Assembly: GCA_025594325.1 (NCBI GenBank)
Contig: JANHCV010000015.1
Coordinates: forward strand, 1,004,027-1,068,026
DNA length: 64,000 bases
Direction: 5' to 3'
Origin: Blastocladiella emersonii ATCC 22665
Lineage: Eukaryota > Fungi > Blastocladiomycota
The translations under genes and the position numbers were made by a program. The notes beneath the pieces are model-generated. The model was not told where the DNA came from. It ran no database searches and worked only from the letters and a program-made list of their open reading frames with translations. Shown here one piece after another: positions 23,801-38,800 of the stretch (positions are counted from its first letter, which is position 1; every line of letters starts with the position of its first letter).

Positions 23801-26800
23801 GCACCCTTTCACTTGTGTTGCTTGACAGCCAGCTAGCCAGGTCCGGCTGCTGCTACCTATCCATTCTGCCTGCCTCCCACGCCCGCCGCGTCCTGAGCCA
23901 GGCAGGGCTGTGCTGCGATACACGGCCGCGGCCAGTCCACGGTAATGGTACCCATGCAGTACGTTCCATGGCCGCCCGGCCACCCTAGCTTGGTGCTTGT
24001 GTGTCCCCTTGGTCACCTTGGTCACCTTGGTCACCTTGGTCACCTTGGTCACTTGGTCACTTGGTCTCTTGGTCTCTTGGCGCTTGTGATGGAGGTCTAT
24101 CTAACCCAGGCACGCACGGACACAGGCCCGCACGCCCACACGCACTCCCGCCAGGAGCATGTGGTGTGTGGGTCATCATCCACCATTCAGTTTGTAGTCC
24201 CTAGCACCCCTTGGCCCCAGCACTGTCTCCTTCCTGCAGGAGGAGCCCTGCCGCCTCAGCCCTCCGCAGCCAGCCCTCTGCAGCCCAGTGAAGCAGTACG
24301 GCTGCTACGCTGTTTGCAAGGTACGGTGGCCAGGGCGACGCAGGTGCTGTGGTGTTGCTTGCCACTTGGCTGGCGACAGGGGCTGGCGCACCCATTGCAA
24401 GGCGTTCTGACGGACCCCGCGGCCATGAAAGCATGGGGGCAGCACTGGACACGAGTCTATCAATCAACGGCACTGGGAGGGCAGGCAGGCGCACCCGTTG
24501 GAGCGAGCCGACCTGGATGATAAATCATTGTTGAGTTGAGGACGCCTTGCATGCCTGCCGTTCATGCGAGCGTGTGTGACACCAGGGTGGCCGTTTGCGC
24601 CGTGTGCGCACGGCGTGGAGCGCCAGGCGCTGTGCGCTGTGCGCGCTGCACGGTGCGTGGTGTACATCCGTCAGCGGGTGAGTGGTTTCACGCGGATAGA
24701 CAGAGGAGCTGCTCGGAACCCTCGTTGGCCCATCATCATGCAGGGCTTGGAGTGGACAGCAGAGCTGGCAGCCTGGAGGAGACCAGTCGTATATTGACAA
24801 ACCGAACCCCTCTCAGACTACATACGAGATAGATAATATCTACTGGGTGGGCGCTGTCAGTCAGGCTGTCAGTGTGGCAGGCTGCCAGGCTGCCAGGCTG
24901 CCAGGGCTCATCATTCATTCCTTTGTTGGCTGGGACGGCAACCAGAGAGCGCGGGCCCACAAAGACTTGCGAGGCGGTGTGGGTGTTCGGATAGCAGGTA
25001 GGCAAGTTGGCAGGTTGGCAGGTTGGCAGGCTGGCAGGTTGGCCGTTTACTTAGTTGATTGGACCGTGTACTTTGACGACGGGCTCCATACTTAGGGGAT
25101 CGAAGAGTTGGCTAGTGGAGTGTGCACAAAGCGGTAGATTTGAATATCTGGCGCTTTGGTTCCTTGCCCACCTGGACGTGAGGGTATACGAAGATTTGAT
25201 TGAGTATAGTTATGTTTGAGTACCATGACAATTATCAGCGTGGCGGGATTGATACATCCCGCTTGTCGGAAATTTTGTTGGTTCAATACTGTGATTTATC
25301 GGCCCTTGCCCACCTGGACATGGGGCACTCGAAGATTTGAGTATGGTTTCGTTTGAGTGCCATGACAATTATCTGCGTGGCTGGTTTACGACATTTCTTT
25401 GGTCAGATATTGTGTTGCTGTGATACTGTGATTTATGGGTCCCTGGCTAGCTGGACAAGCGGGAAGTGAAAGATTAGAATATGGTTTTGTTTGAGTATCA
25501 AGACCATTACCTGCGTGGTCGGTTATGTAGACTCCTATGGTCAGATATTTTGTTGGTTTGATACTGTGATTTATGGGTCTCCAACCTGCTGGACATCTGG
25601 GAAGTCATAGATTTGAGTATGGTTTTGTTTGAGTACCATGACAATTATCTCCGCAGCTTGTTTACTATGTTTCCATGGTCAGTTTTATTGTTGCTTTGAA
25701 TTTACGATTTATGGGTCCTGAACAAGCTGGACATGTGAATAGTCAAAGACTTGACTATGGTTTTGTTTGAGTGCCATGACAATTACCTACGTGGCTTGTA
25801 TACTCTATTTCCATGGTCAGATATTTGTTGGTTCGATATTACGATTTATGGGTCCTCAACCAGCTTGACATGCGGGAAAGCAAAGATTAGAATATGGTTT
25901 TGATTAAGTACCATGACAATCATCTGCGTGGCTGGTTTACTATATTTCCATGGTCAGATATTTTGTTGGTTCGATACTGTGATGTATGGGTCCCTGGCCA
26001 GCTGGACACACGGTAAAGCAAAGACTTGAAGATGGTTTTGTTTGAGTACCATAACAATCATGTACGAGGTTGGTTTACTATCTTTCTGTTGTCAAATATT
26101 TAGTTGCCGTGATACTGTGATTTATGGGTCCCTGGCTAGCAGGACAAGCGGGTAGTCAAAGATTTGAATATGGTTTTGTTCGACTACCATGACAATTGTC
26201 TCCGTGGCTGGTTTGGTACGTCCCTATCATTGGTAAATTCATTGCGTGCATATTGTGATTCGTGGAGGGTCAATGTTGCTGCTACCTTGCCCGCATGCGC
26301 GCTGCGTCCGCCGACCCACCTAGGCCAGACAGGAAGGAAAGGGGACCCCAAGAGCCCCACGACACCACTGTAGCTCCACTACCACCACAGCACCCACCAA
26401 CACCACCTACAAACAAACACGACCCGCCAAGGCGCACGCAGCGACACCCGCAGCCATGCATGCCATGGCGTTGGTGGATGGTGGCCAACCAATCCTCATC
26501 ACACACGACACGTATGAAGGTCTGCCTGCATCCACCCATCCATTCATTCAACACACGCTCCCTCACGCACCCTTTCACTTGTGTTGCTTGACAGCCAGCT
26601 AGCCAGGTCCGGCTGCTGCTACCTATCCATTCTGCCTGCCTCCCACGCCCGCCGCGTCCTGAGCCAGGCAGGGCTGTGCTGCGATACACGGCCGCGGCCA
26701 GTCCACGGTAATGGTACCCATGCAGTACGTTCCATGGCCGCCCGGCCACCCTAGCTTGGTGCTTGTGTGTCCCCTTGGTCACCTTGGTCACCTTGGTCAC

Positions 26801-29800
26801 CTTGGTCACCTTGGTCACTTGGTCACTTGGTCTCTTGGTCTCTTGGCGCTTGTGATGGAGGTCTATCTAACCCAGGCACGCACGGACACAGGCCCGCACG
26901 CCCACACGCACTCCCGCCAGGAGCATGTGGTGTGTGGGTCATCATCCACCATTCAGTTTGTAGTCCCTAGCACCCCTTGGCCCCAGCACTGTCTCCTTCC
27001 TGCAGGAGGAGCCCTGCCGCCTCAGCCCTCCGCAGCCAGCCCTCTGCAGCCCAGTGAAGCAGTACGGCTGCTACGCTGTTTGCAAGGTACGGTGGCCAGG
27101 GCGACGCAGGTGCTGTGGTGTTGCTTGCCACTTGGCTGGCGACAGGGGCTGGCGCACCCATTGCAAGGCGTTCTGACGGACCCCGCGGCCATGAAAGCAT
27201 GGGGGCAGCACTGGACACGAGTCTATCAATCAACGGCACTGGGAGGGCAGGCAGGCGCACCCGTTGGAGCGAGCCGACCTGGATGATAAATCATTGTTGA
27301 GTTGAGGACGCCTTGCATGCCTGCCGTTCATGCGAGCGTGTGTGACACCAGGGTGGCCGTTTGCGCCGTGTGCGCACGGCGTGGAGCGCCAGGCGCTGTG
27401 CGCTGTGCGCGCTGCACGGTGCGTGGTGTACATCCGTCAGCGGGTGAGTGGTTTCACGCGGATAGACAGAGGAGCTGCTCGGAACCCTCGTTGGCCCATC
27501 ATCATGCAGGGCTTGGAGTGGACAGCAGAGCTGGCAGCCTGGAGGAGACCAGTCGTATATTGACAAACCGAACCCCTCTCAGACTACATACGAGATAGAT
27601 AATATCTACTGGGTGGGCGCTGTCAGTCAGGCTGTCAGTGTGGCAGGCTGCCAGGCTGCCAGGCTGCCAGGGCTCATCATTCATTCCTTTGTTGGCTGGG
27701 ACGGCAACCAGAGAGCGCGGGCCCACAAAGACTTGCGAGGCGGTGTGGGTGTTCGGATAGCAGGTAGGCAAGTTGGCAGGTTGGCAGGTTGGCAGGTTGG
27801 CAGGTTGGCAGGTTGGCAGGCTGGCAGGTTGGCCGTTTACTTAGTTGATTGGACCGTGTACTTTGACGACGGGCTCCATACTTAGGGGATCGAAGAGTTG
27901 GCTAGTGGAGTGTGCACAAAGCGGTAGATTTGAATATCTGGCGCTTTGGTTCCTTGCCCACCTGGACGTGAGGGTATACGAAGATTTGATTGAGTATAGT
28001 TATGTTTGAGTACCATGACAATTATCAGCGTGGCGGGATTGATACATCCCGCTTGTCGGAAATTTTGTTGGTTCAATACTGTGATTTATCGGCCCTTGCC
28101 CACCTGGACATGGGGCACTCGAAGATTTGAGTATGGTTTCGTTTGAGTGCCATGACAATTATCTGCGTGGCTGGTTTACGACATTTCTTTGGTCAGATAT
28201 TGTGTTGCTGTGATACTGTGATTTATGGGTCCCTGGCTAGCTGGACAAGCGGGAAGTGAAAGATTAGAATATGGTTTTGTTTGAGTATCAAGACCATTAC
28301 CTGCGTGGTCGGTTATGTAGACTCCTATGGTCAGATATTTTGTTGGTTTGATACTGTGATTTATGGGTCTCCAACCTGCTGGACATCTGGGAAGTCATAG
28401 ATTTGAGTATGGTTTTGTTTGAGTACCATGACAATTATCTCCGCAGCTTGTTTACTATGTTTCCATGGTCAGTTTTATTGTTGCTTTGAATTTACGATTT
28501 ATGGGTCCTGAACAAGCTGGACATGTGAATAGTCAAAGACTTGACTATGGTTTTGTTTGAGTGCCATGACAATTACCTACGTGGCTTGTATACTCTATTT
28601 CCATGGTCAGATATTTGTTGGTTCGATATTACGATTTATGGGTCCTCAACCAGCTTGACATGCGGGAAAGCAAAGATTAGAATATGGTTTTGATTAAGTA
28701 CCATGACAATCATCTGCGTGGCTGGTTTACTATATTTCCATGGTCAGATATTTTGTTGGTTCGATACTGTGATGTATGGGTCCCTGGCCAGCTGGACACA
28801 CGGTAAAGCAAAGACTTGAAGATGGTTTTGTTTGAGTACCATAACAATCATGTACGAGGTTGGTTTACTATCTTTCTGTTGTCAAATATTTAGTTGCCGT
28901 GATACTGTGATTTATGGGTCCCTGGCTAGCAGGACAAGCGGGTAGTCAAAGATTTGAATATGGTTTTGTTCGACTACCATGACAATTGTCTCCGTGGCTG
29001 GTTTGGTACGTCCCTATCATTGGTAAATTCATTGCGTGCATATTGTGATTCGTGGAGGGTCAATGTTGCTGCTACCTTGCCCGCATGCGCGCTGCGTCCG
29101 CCGACCCACCTAGGCCAGACAGGAAGGAAAGGGGACCCCAAGAGCCCCACGACACCACTGTAGCTCCACTACCACCACAGCACCCACCAACACCACCTAC
29201 AAACAAACACGACCCGCCAAGGCGCACGCAGCGACACCCGCAGCCATGCATGCCATGGCGTTGGTGGATGGTGGCCAACCAATCCTCATCACACACGACA
29301 CGTATGAAGGTCTGCCTGCATCCACCCATCCATTCATTCAACACACGCTCCCTCACGCACCCTTTCACTTGTGTTGCTTGACAGCCAGCTAGCCAGGTCC
29401 GGCTGCTGCTACCTATCCATTCTGCCTGCCTCCCACGCCCGCCGCGTCCTGAGCCAGGCAGGGCTGTGCTGCGATACACGGCCGCGGCCAGTCCACGGTA
29501 ATGGTACCCATGCAGTACGTTCCATGGCCGCCCGGCCACCCTAGCTTGGTGCTTGTGTGTCCCCTTGGTCACCTTGGTCACCTTGGTCACCTTGGTCACC
29601 TTGGTCACTTGGTCACTTGGTCTCTTGGTCTCTTGGCGCTTGTGATGGAGGTCTATCTAACCCAGGCACGCACGGACACAGGCCCGCACGCCCACACGCA
29701 CTCCCGCCAGGAGCATGTGGTGTGTGGGTCATCATCCACCATTCAGTTTGTAGTCCCTAGCACCCCTTGGCCCCAGCACTGTCTCCTTCCTGCAGGAGGA

Positions 29801-32800
29801 GCCCTGCCGCCTCAGCCCTCCGCAGCCAGCCCTCTGCAGCCCAGTGAAGCAGTACGGCTGCTACGCTGTTTGCAAGGTACGGTGGCCAGGGCGACGCAGG
29901 TGCTGTGGTGTTGCTTGCCACTTGGCTGGCGACAGGGGCTGGCGCACCCATTGCAAGGCGTTCTGACGGACCCCGCGGCCATGAAAGCATGGGGGCAGCA
30001 CTGGACACGAGTCTATCAATCAACGGCACTGGGAGGGCAGGCAGGCGCACCCGTTGGAGCGAGCCGACCTGGATGATAAATCATTGTTGAGTTGAGGACG
30101 CCTTGCATGCCTGCCGTTCATGCGAGCGTGTGTGACACCAGGGTGGCCGTTTGCGCCGTGTGCGCACGGCGTGGAGCGCCAGGCGCTGTGCGCTGTGCGC
30201 GCTGCACGGTGCGTGGTGTACATCCGTCAGCGGGTGAGTGGTTTCACGCGGATAGACAGAGGAGCTGCTCGGAACCCTCGTTGGCCCATCATCATGCAGG
30301 GCTTGGAGTGGACAGCAGAGCTGGCAGCCTGGAGGAGACCAGTCGTATATTGACAAACCGAACCCCTCTCAGACTACATACGAGATAGATAATATCTACT
30401 GGGTGGGCGCTGTCAGTCAGGCTGTCAGTGTGGCAGGCTGCCAGGCTGCCAGGCTGCCAGGGCTCATCATTCATTCCTTTGTTGGCTGGGACGGCAACCA
30501 GAGAGCGCGGGCCCACAAAGACTTGCGAGGCGGTGTGGGTGTTCGGATAGCAGGTAGGCAAGTTGGCAGGTTGGCAGGTTGGCAGGCTGGCAGGTTGGCC
30601 GTTTACTTAGTTGATTGGACCGTGTACTTTGACGACGGGCTCCATACTTAGGGGATCGAAGAGTTGGCTAGTGGAGTGTGCACAAAGCGGTAGATTTGAA
30701 TATCTGGCGCTTTGGTTCCTTGCCCACCTGGACGTGAGGGTATACGAAGATTTGATTGAGTATAGTTATGTTTGAGTACCATGACAATTATCAGCGTGGC
30801 GGGATTGATACATCCCGCTTGTCGGAAATTTTGTTGGTTCAATACTGTGATTTATCGGCCCTTGCCCACCTGGACATGGGGCACTCGAAGATTTGAGTAT
30901 GGTTTCGTTTGAGTGCCATGACAATTATCTGCGTGGCTGGTTTACGACATTTCTTTGGTCAGATATTGTGTTGCTGTGATACTGTGATTTATGGGTCCCT
31001 GGCTAGCTGGACAAGCGGGAAGTGAAAGATTTGAATATGGTTTTGTTTGAGTATCAAGACCATTACCTGCGTGGTCGGTTATGTAGACTCCTATGGTCAG
31101 ATATTTTGTTGGTTTGATACTGTGATTTATGGGTCTCCAACCTGCTGGACATCTGGGAAGTCATAGATTTGAGTATGGTTTTGTTTGAGTACCATGACAA
31201 TTATCTCCGCAGCTTGTTTACTATGTTTCCATGGTCAGTTTTATTGTTGCTTTGAATTTACGATTTATGGGTCCTGAACAAGCTGGACATGTGAATAGTC
31301 AAAGACTTGACTATGGTTTTGTTTGAGTGCCATGACAATTACCTACGTGGCTTGTATACTCTATTTCCATGGTCAGATATTTGTTGGTTCGATATTACGA
31401 TTTATGGGTCCTCAACCAGCTTGACATGCGGGAAAGCAAAGATTAGAATATGGTTTTGATTAAGTACCATGACAATCATCTGCGTGGCTGGTTTACTATA
31501 TTTCCATGGTCAGATATTTTGTTGGTTCGATACTGTGATGTATGGGTCCCTGGCCAGCTGGACACACGGTAAAGCAAAGACTTGAAGATGGTTTTGTTTG
31601 AGTACCATAACAATCATGTACGAGGTTGGTTTACTATCTTTCTGTTGTCAAATATTTAGTTGCCGTGATACTGTGATTTATGGGTCCCTGGCTAGCAGGA
31701 CAAGCGGGTAGTCAAAGATTTGAATATGGTTTTGTTCGACTACCATGACAATTGTCTCCGTGGCTGGTTTGGTACGTCCCTATCATTGGTAAATTCATTG
31801 CGTGCATATTGTGATTCGTGGAGGGTCAATGTTGCTGCTACCTTGCCCGCATGCGCGCTGCGTCCGCCGACCCACCTAGGCCAGACAGGAAGGAAAGGGG
31901 ACCCCAAGAGCCCCACGACACCACTGTAGCTCCACTACCACCACAGCACCCACCAACACCACCTACAAACAAACACGACCCGCCAAGGCGCACGCAGCGA
32001 CACCCGCAGCCATGCATGCCATGGCGTTGGTGGATGGTGGCCAACCAATCCTCATCACACACGACACGTATGAAGGTCTGCCTGCATCCACCCATCCATT
32101 CATTCAACACACGCTCCCTCACGCACCCTTTCACTTGTGTTGCTTGACAGCCAGCTAGCCAGGTCCGGCTGCTGCTACCTATCCATTCTGCCTGCCTCCC
32201 ACGCCCGCCGCGTCCTGAGCCAGGCAGGGCTGTGCTGCGATACACGGCCGCGGCCAGTCCACGGTAATGGTACCCATGCAGTACGTTCCATGGCCGCCCG
32301 GCCACCCTAGCTTGGTGCTTGTGTGTCCCCTTGGTCACCTTGGTCACCTTGGTCACCTTGGTCACCTTGGTCACTTGGTCACTTGGTCTCTTGGTCTCTT
32401 GGCGCTTGTGATGGAGGTCTATCTAACCCAGGCACGCACGGACACAGGCCCGCACGCCCACACGCACTCCCGCCAGGAGCATGTGGTGTGTGGGTCATCA
32501 TCCACCATTCAGTTTGTAGTCCCTAGCACCCCTTGGCCCCAGCACTGTCTCCTTCCTGCAGGAGGAGCCCTGCCGCCTCAGCCCTCCGCAGCCAGCCCTC
32601 TGCAGCCCAGTGAAGCAGTACGGCTGCTACGCTGTTTGCAAGGTACGGTGGCCAGGGCGACGCAGGTGCTGTGGTGTTGCTTGCCACTTGGCTGGCGACA
32701 GGGGCTGGCGCACCCATTGCAAGGCGTTCTGACGGACCCCGCGGCCATGAAAGCATGGGGGCAGCACTGGACACGAGTCTATCAATCAACGGCACTGGGA

Positions 32801-35800
32801 GGGCAGGCAGGCGCACCCGTTGGAGCGAGCCGACCTGGATGATAAATCATTGTTGAGTTGAGGACGCCTTGCATGCCTGCCGTTCATGCGAGCGTGTGTG
32901 ACACCAGGGTGGCCGTTTGCGCCGTGTGCGCACGGCGTGGAGCGCCAGGCGCTGTGCGCTGTGCGCGCTGCACGGTGCGTGGTGTACATCCGTCAGCGGG
33001 TGAGTGGTTTCACGCGGATAGACAGAGGAGCTGCTCGGAACCCTCGTTGGCCCATCATCATGCAGGGCTTGGAGTGGACAGCAGAGCTGGCAGCCTGGAG
33101 GAGACCAGTCGTATATTGACAAACCGAACCCCTCTCAGACTACATACGAGATAGATAATATCTACTGGGTGGGCGCTGTCAGTCAGGCTGTCAGTGTGGC
33201 AGGCTGCCAGGCTGCCAGGCTGCCAGGGCTCATCATTCATTCCTTTGTTGGCTGGGACGGCAACCAGAGAGCGCGGGCCCACAAAGACTTGCGAGGCGGT
33301 GTGGGTGTTCGGATAGCAGGTAGGCAAGTTGGCAGGTTGGCAGGTTGGCAGGCTGGCAGGTTGGCCGTTTACTTAGTTGATTGGACCGTGTACTTTGACG
33401 ACGGGCTCCATACTTAGGGGATCGAAGAGTTGGCTAGTGGAGTGTGCACAAAGCGGTAGATTTGAATATCTGGCGCTTTGGTTCCTTGCCCACCTGGACG
33501 TGAGGGTATACGAAGATTTGATTGAGTATAGTTATGTTTGAGTACCATGACAATTATCAGCGTGGCGGGATTGATACATCCCGCTTGTCGGAAATTTTGT
33601 TGGTTCAATACTGTGATTTATCGGCCCTTGCCCACCTGGACATGGGGCACTCGAAGATTTGAGTATGGTTTCGTTTGAGTGCCATGACAATTATCTGCGT
33701 GGCTGGTTTACGACATTTCTTTGGTCAGATATTGTGTTGCTGTGATACTGTGATTTATGGGTCCCTGGCTAGCTGGACAAGCGGGAAGTGAAAGATTTGA
33801 ATATGGTTTTGTTTGAGTATCAAGACCATTACCTGCGTGGTCGGTTATGTAGACTCCTATGGTCAGATATTTTGTTGGTTTGATACTGTGATTTATGGGT
33901 CTCCAACCTGCTGGACATCTGGGAAGTCATAGATTTGAGTATGGTTTTGTTTGAGTACCATGACAATTATCTCCGCAGCTTGTTTACTATGTTTCCATGG
34001 TCAGTTTTATTGTTGCTTTGAATTTACGATTTATGGGTCCTGAACAAGCTGGACATGTGAATAGTCAAAGACTTGACTATGGTTTTGTTTGAGTGCCATG
34101 ACAATTACCTACGTGGCTTGTATACTCTATTTCCATGGTCAGATATTTGTTGGTTCGATATTACGATTTATGGGTCCTCAACCAGCTTGACATGCGGGAA
34201 AGCAAAGATTAGAATATGGTTTTGATTAAGTACCATGACAATCATCTGCGTGGCTGGTTTACTATATTTCCATGGTCAGATATTTTGTTGGTTCGATACT
34301 GTGATGTATGGGTCCCTGGCCAGCTGGACACACGGTAAAGCAAAGACTTGAAGATGGTTTTGTTTGAGTACCATAACAATCATGTACGAGGTTGGTTTAC
34401 TATCTTTCTGTTGTCAAATATTTAGTTGCCGTGATACTGTGATTTATGGGTCCCTGGCTAGCAGGACAAGCGGGTAGTCAAAGATTTGAATGTGGTTTTG
34501 TTCGACTACCATGACAATTGTCTCCGTGGCTGGTTTGGTACGTCCCTATCATTGGTAAATTCATTGCGTGCATATTGTGATTCGTGGAGGGTCAATGTTG
34601 CTGCTACCTTGCCCGCATGCGCGCTGCGTCCGCCGACCCACCTAGGCCAGACAGGAAGGAAAGGGGACCCCAAGAGCCCCACGACACCACTGTAGCTCCA
34701 CTACCACCACAGCACCCACCAACACCACCTACAAACAAACACGACCCGCCAAGGCGCACGCAGCGACACCCGCAGCCATGCATGCCATGGCGTTGGTGGA
34801 TGGTGGCCAACCAATCCTCATCACACACGACACGTATGAAGGTCTGCCTGCATCCACCCATCCATTCATTCAACACACGCTCCCTCACGCACCCTTTCAC
34901 TTGTGTTGCTTGACAGCCAGCTAGCCAGGTCCGGCTGCTGCTACCTATCCATTCTGCCTGCCTCCCACGCCCGCCGCGTCCTGAGCCAGGCAGGGCTGTG
35001 CTGCGATACACGGCCGCGGCCAGTCCACGGTAATGGTACCCATGCAGTACGTTCCATGGCCGCCCGGCCACCCTAGCTTGGTGCTTGTGTGTCCCCTTGG
35101 TCACCTTGGTCACCTTGGTCACCTTGGTCACCTTGGTCACTTGGTCACTTGGTCTCTTGGTCTCTTGGCGCTTGTGATGGAGGTCTATCTAACCCAGGCA
35201 CGCACGGACACAGGCCCGCACGCCCACACGCACTCCCGCCAGGAGCATGTGGTGTGTGGGTCATCATCCACCATTCAGTTTGTAGTCCCTAGCACCCCTT
35301 GGCCCCAGCACTGTCTCCTTCCTGCAGGAGGAGCCCTGCCGCCTCAGCCCTCCGCAGCCAGCCCTCTGCAGCCCAGTGAAGCAGTACGGCTGCTACGCTG
35401 TTTGCAAGGTACGGTGGCCAGGGCGACGCAGGTGCTGTGGTGTTGCTTGCCACTTGGCTGGCGACAGGGGCTGGCGCACCCATTGCAAGGCGTTCTGACG
35501 GACCCCGCGGCCATGAAAGCATGGGGGCAGCACTGGACACGAGTCTATCAATCAACGGCACTGGGAGGGCAGGCAGGCGCACCCGTTGGAGCGAGCCGAC
35601 CTGGATGATAAATCATTGTTGAGTTGAGGACGCCTTGCATGCCTGCCGTTCATGCGAGCGTGTGTGACACCAGGGTGGCCGTTTGCGCCGTGTGCGCACG
35701 GCGTGGAGCGCCAGGCGCTGTGCGCTGTGCGCGCTGCACGGTGCGTGGTGTACATCCGTCAGCGGGTGAGTGGTTTCACGCGGATAGACAGAGGAGCTGC

Positions 35801-38800
35801 TCGGAACCCTCGTTGGCCCATCATCATGCAGGGCTTGGAGTGGACAGCAGAGCTGGCAGCCTGGAGGAGACCAGTCGTATATTGACAAACCGAACCCCTC
35901 TCAGACTACATACGAGATAGATAATATCTACTGGGTGGGCGCTGTCAGTCAGGCTGTCAGTGTGGCAGGCTGCCAGGCTGCCAGGCTGCCAGGGCTCATC
36001 ATTCATTCCTTTGTTGGCTGGGACGGCAACCAGAGAGCGCGGGCCCACAAAGACTTGCGAGGCGGTGTGGGTGTTCGGATAGCAGGTAGGCAAGTTGGCA
36101 GGTTGGCAGGTTGGCAGGCTGGCAGGTTGGCCGTTTACTTAGTTGATTGGACCGTGTACTTTGACGACGGGCTCCATACTTAGGGGATCGAAGAGTTGGC
36201 TAGTGGAGTGTGCACAAAGCGGTAGATTTGAATATCTGGCGCTTTGGTTCCTTGCCCACCTGGACGTGAGGGTATACGAAGATTTGATTGAGTATAGTTA
36301 TGTTTGAGTACCATGACAATTATCAGCGTGGCGGGATTGATACATCCCGCTTGTCGGAAATTTTGTTGGTTCAATACTGTGATTTATCGGCCCTTGCCCA
36401 CCTGGACATGGGGCACTCGAAGATTTGAGTATGGTTTCGTTTGAGTGCCATGACAATTATCTGCGTGGCTGGTTTACGACATTTCTTTGGTCAGATATTG
36501 TGTTGCTGTGATACTGTGATTTATGGGTCCCTGGCTAGCTGGACAAGCGGGAAGTGAAAGATTTGAATATGGTTTTGTTTGAGTATCAAGACCATTACCT
36601 GCGTGGTCGGTTATGTAGACTCCTATGGTCAGATATTTTGTTGGTTTGATACTGTGATTTATGGGTCTCCAACCTGCTGGACATCTGGGAAGTCATAGAT
36701 TTGAGTATGGTTTTGTTTGAGTACCATGACAATTATCTCCGCAGCTTGTTTACTATGTTTCCATGGTCAGTTTTATTGTTGCTTTGAATTTACGATTTAT
36801 GGGTCCTGAACAAGCTGGACATGTGAATAGTCAAAGACTTGACTATGGTTTTGTTTGAGTGCCATGACAATTACCTACGTGGCTTGTATACTCTATTTCC
36901 ATGGTCAGATATTTGTTGGTTCGATATTACGATTTATGGGTCCTCAACCAGCTTGACATGCGGGAAAGCAAAGATTAGAATATGGTTTTGATTAAGTACC
37001 ATGACAATCATCTGCGTGGCTGGTTTACTATATTTCCATGGTCAGATATTTTGTTGGTTCGATACTGTGATGTATGGGTCCCTGGCCAGCTGGACACACG
37101 GTAAAGCAAAGACTTGAAGATGGTTTTGTTTGAGTACCATAACAATCATGTACGAGGTTGGTTTACTATCTTTCTGTTGTCAAATATTTAGTTGCCGTGA
37201 TACTGTGATTTATGGGTCCCTGGCTAGCAGGACAAGCGGGTAGTCAAAGATTTGAATATGGTTTTGTTCGACTACCATGACAATTGTCTCCGTGGCTGGT
37301 TTGGTACGTCCCTATCATTGGTAAATTCATTGCGTGCATATTGTGATTCGTGGAGGGTCAATGTTGCTGCTACCTTGCCCGCATGCGCGCTGCGTCCGCC
37401 GACCCACCTAGGCCAGACAGGAAGGAAAGGGGACCCCAAGAGCCCCACGACACCACTGTAGCTCCACTACCACCACAGCACCCACCAACACCACCTACAA
37501 ACAAACACGACCCGCCAAGGCGCACGCAGCGACACCCGCAGCCATGCATGCCATGGCGTTGGTGGATGGTGGCCAACCAATCCTCATCACACACGACACG
37601 TATGAAGGTCTGCCTGCATCCACCCATCCATTCATTCAACACACGCTCCCTCACGCACCCTTTCACTTGTGTTGCTTGACAGCCAGCTAGCCAGGTCCGG
37701 CTGCTGCTACCTATCCATTCTGCCTGCCTCCCACGCCCGCCGCGTCCTGAGCCAGGCAGGGCTGTGCTGCGATACACGGCCGCGGCCAGTCCACGGTAAT
37801 GGTACCCATGCAGTACGTTCCATGGCCGCCCGGCCACCCTAGCTTGGTGCTTGTGTGTCCCCTTGGTCACCTTGGTCACCTTGGTCACCTTGGTCACCTT
37901 GGTCACTTGGTCACTTGGTCTCTTGGTCTCTTGGCGCTTGTGATGGAGGTCTATCTAACCCAGGCACGCACGGACACAGGCCCGCACGCCCACACGCACT
38001 CCCGCCAGGAGCATGTGGTGTGTGGGTCATCATCCACCATTCAGTTTGTAGTCCCTAGCACCCCTTGGCCCCAGCACTGTCTCCTTCCTGCAGGAGGAGC
38101 CCTGCCGCCTCAGCCCTCCGCAGCCAGCCCTCTGCAGCCCAGTGAAGCAGTACGGCTGCTACGCTGTTTGCAAGGTACGGTGGCCAGGGCGACGCAGGTG
38201 CTGTGGTGTTGCTTGCCACTTGGCTGGCGACAGGGGCTGGCGCACCCATTGCAAGGCGTTCTGACGGACCCCGCGGCCATGAAAGCATGGGGGCAGCACT
38301 GGACACGAGTCTATCAATCAACGGCACTGGGAGGGCAGGCAGGCGCACCCGTTGGAGCGAGCCGACCTGGATGATAAATCATTGTTGAGTTGAGGACGCC
38401 TTGCATGCCTGCCGTTCATGCGAGCGTGTGTGACACCAGGGTGGCCGTTTGCGCCGTGTGCGCACGGCGTGGAGCGCCAGGCGCTGTGCGCTGTGCGCGC
38501 TGCACGGTGCGTGGTGTACATCCGTCAGCGGGTGAGTGGTTTCACGCGGATAGACAGAGGAGCTGCTCGGAACCCTCGTTGGCCCATCATCATGCAGGGC
38601 TTGGAGTGGACAGCAGAGCTGGCAGCCTGGAGGAGACCAGTCGTATATTGACAAACCGAACCCCTCTCAGACTACATACGAGATAGATAATATCTACTGG
38701 GTGGGCGCTGTCAGTCAGGCTGTCAGTGTGGCAGGCTGCCAGGCTGCCAGGCTGCCAGGGCTCATCATTCATTCCTTTGTTGGCTGGGACGGCAACCAGA

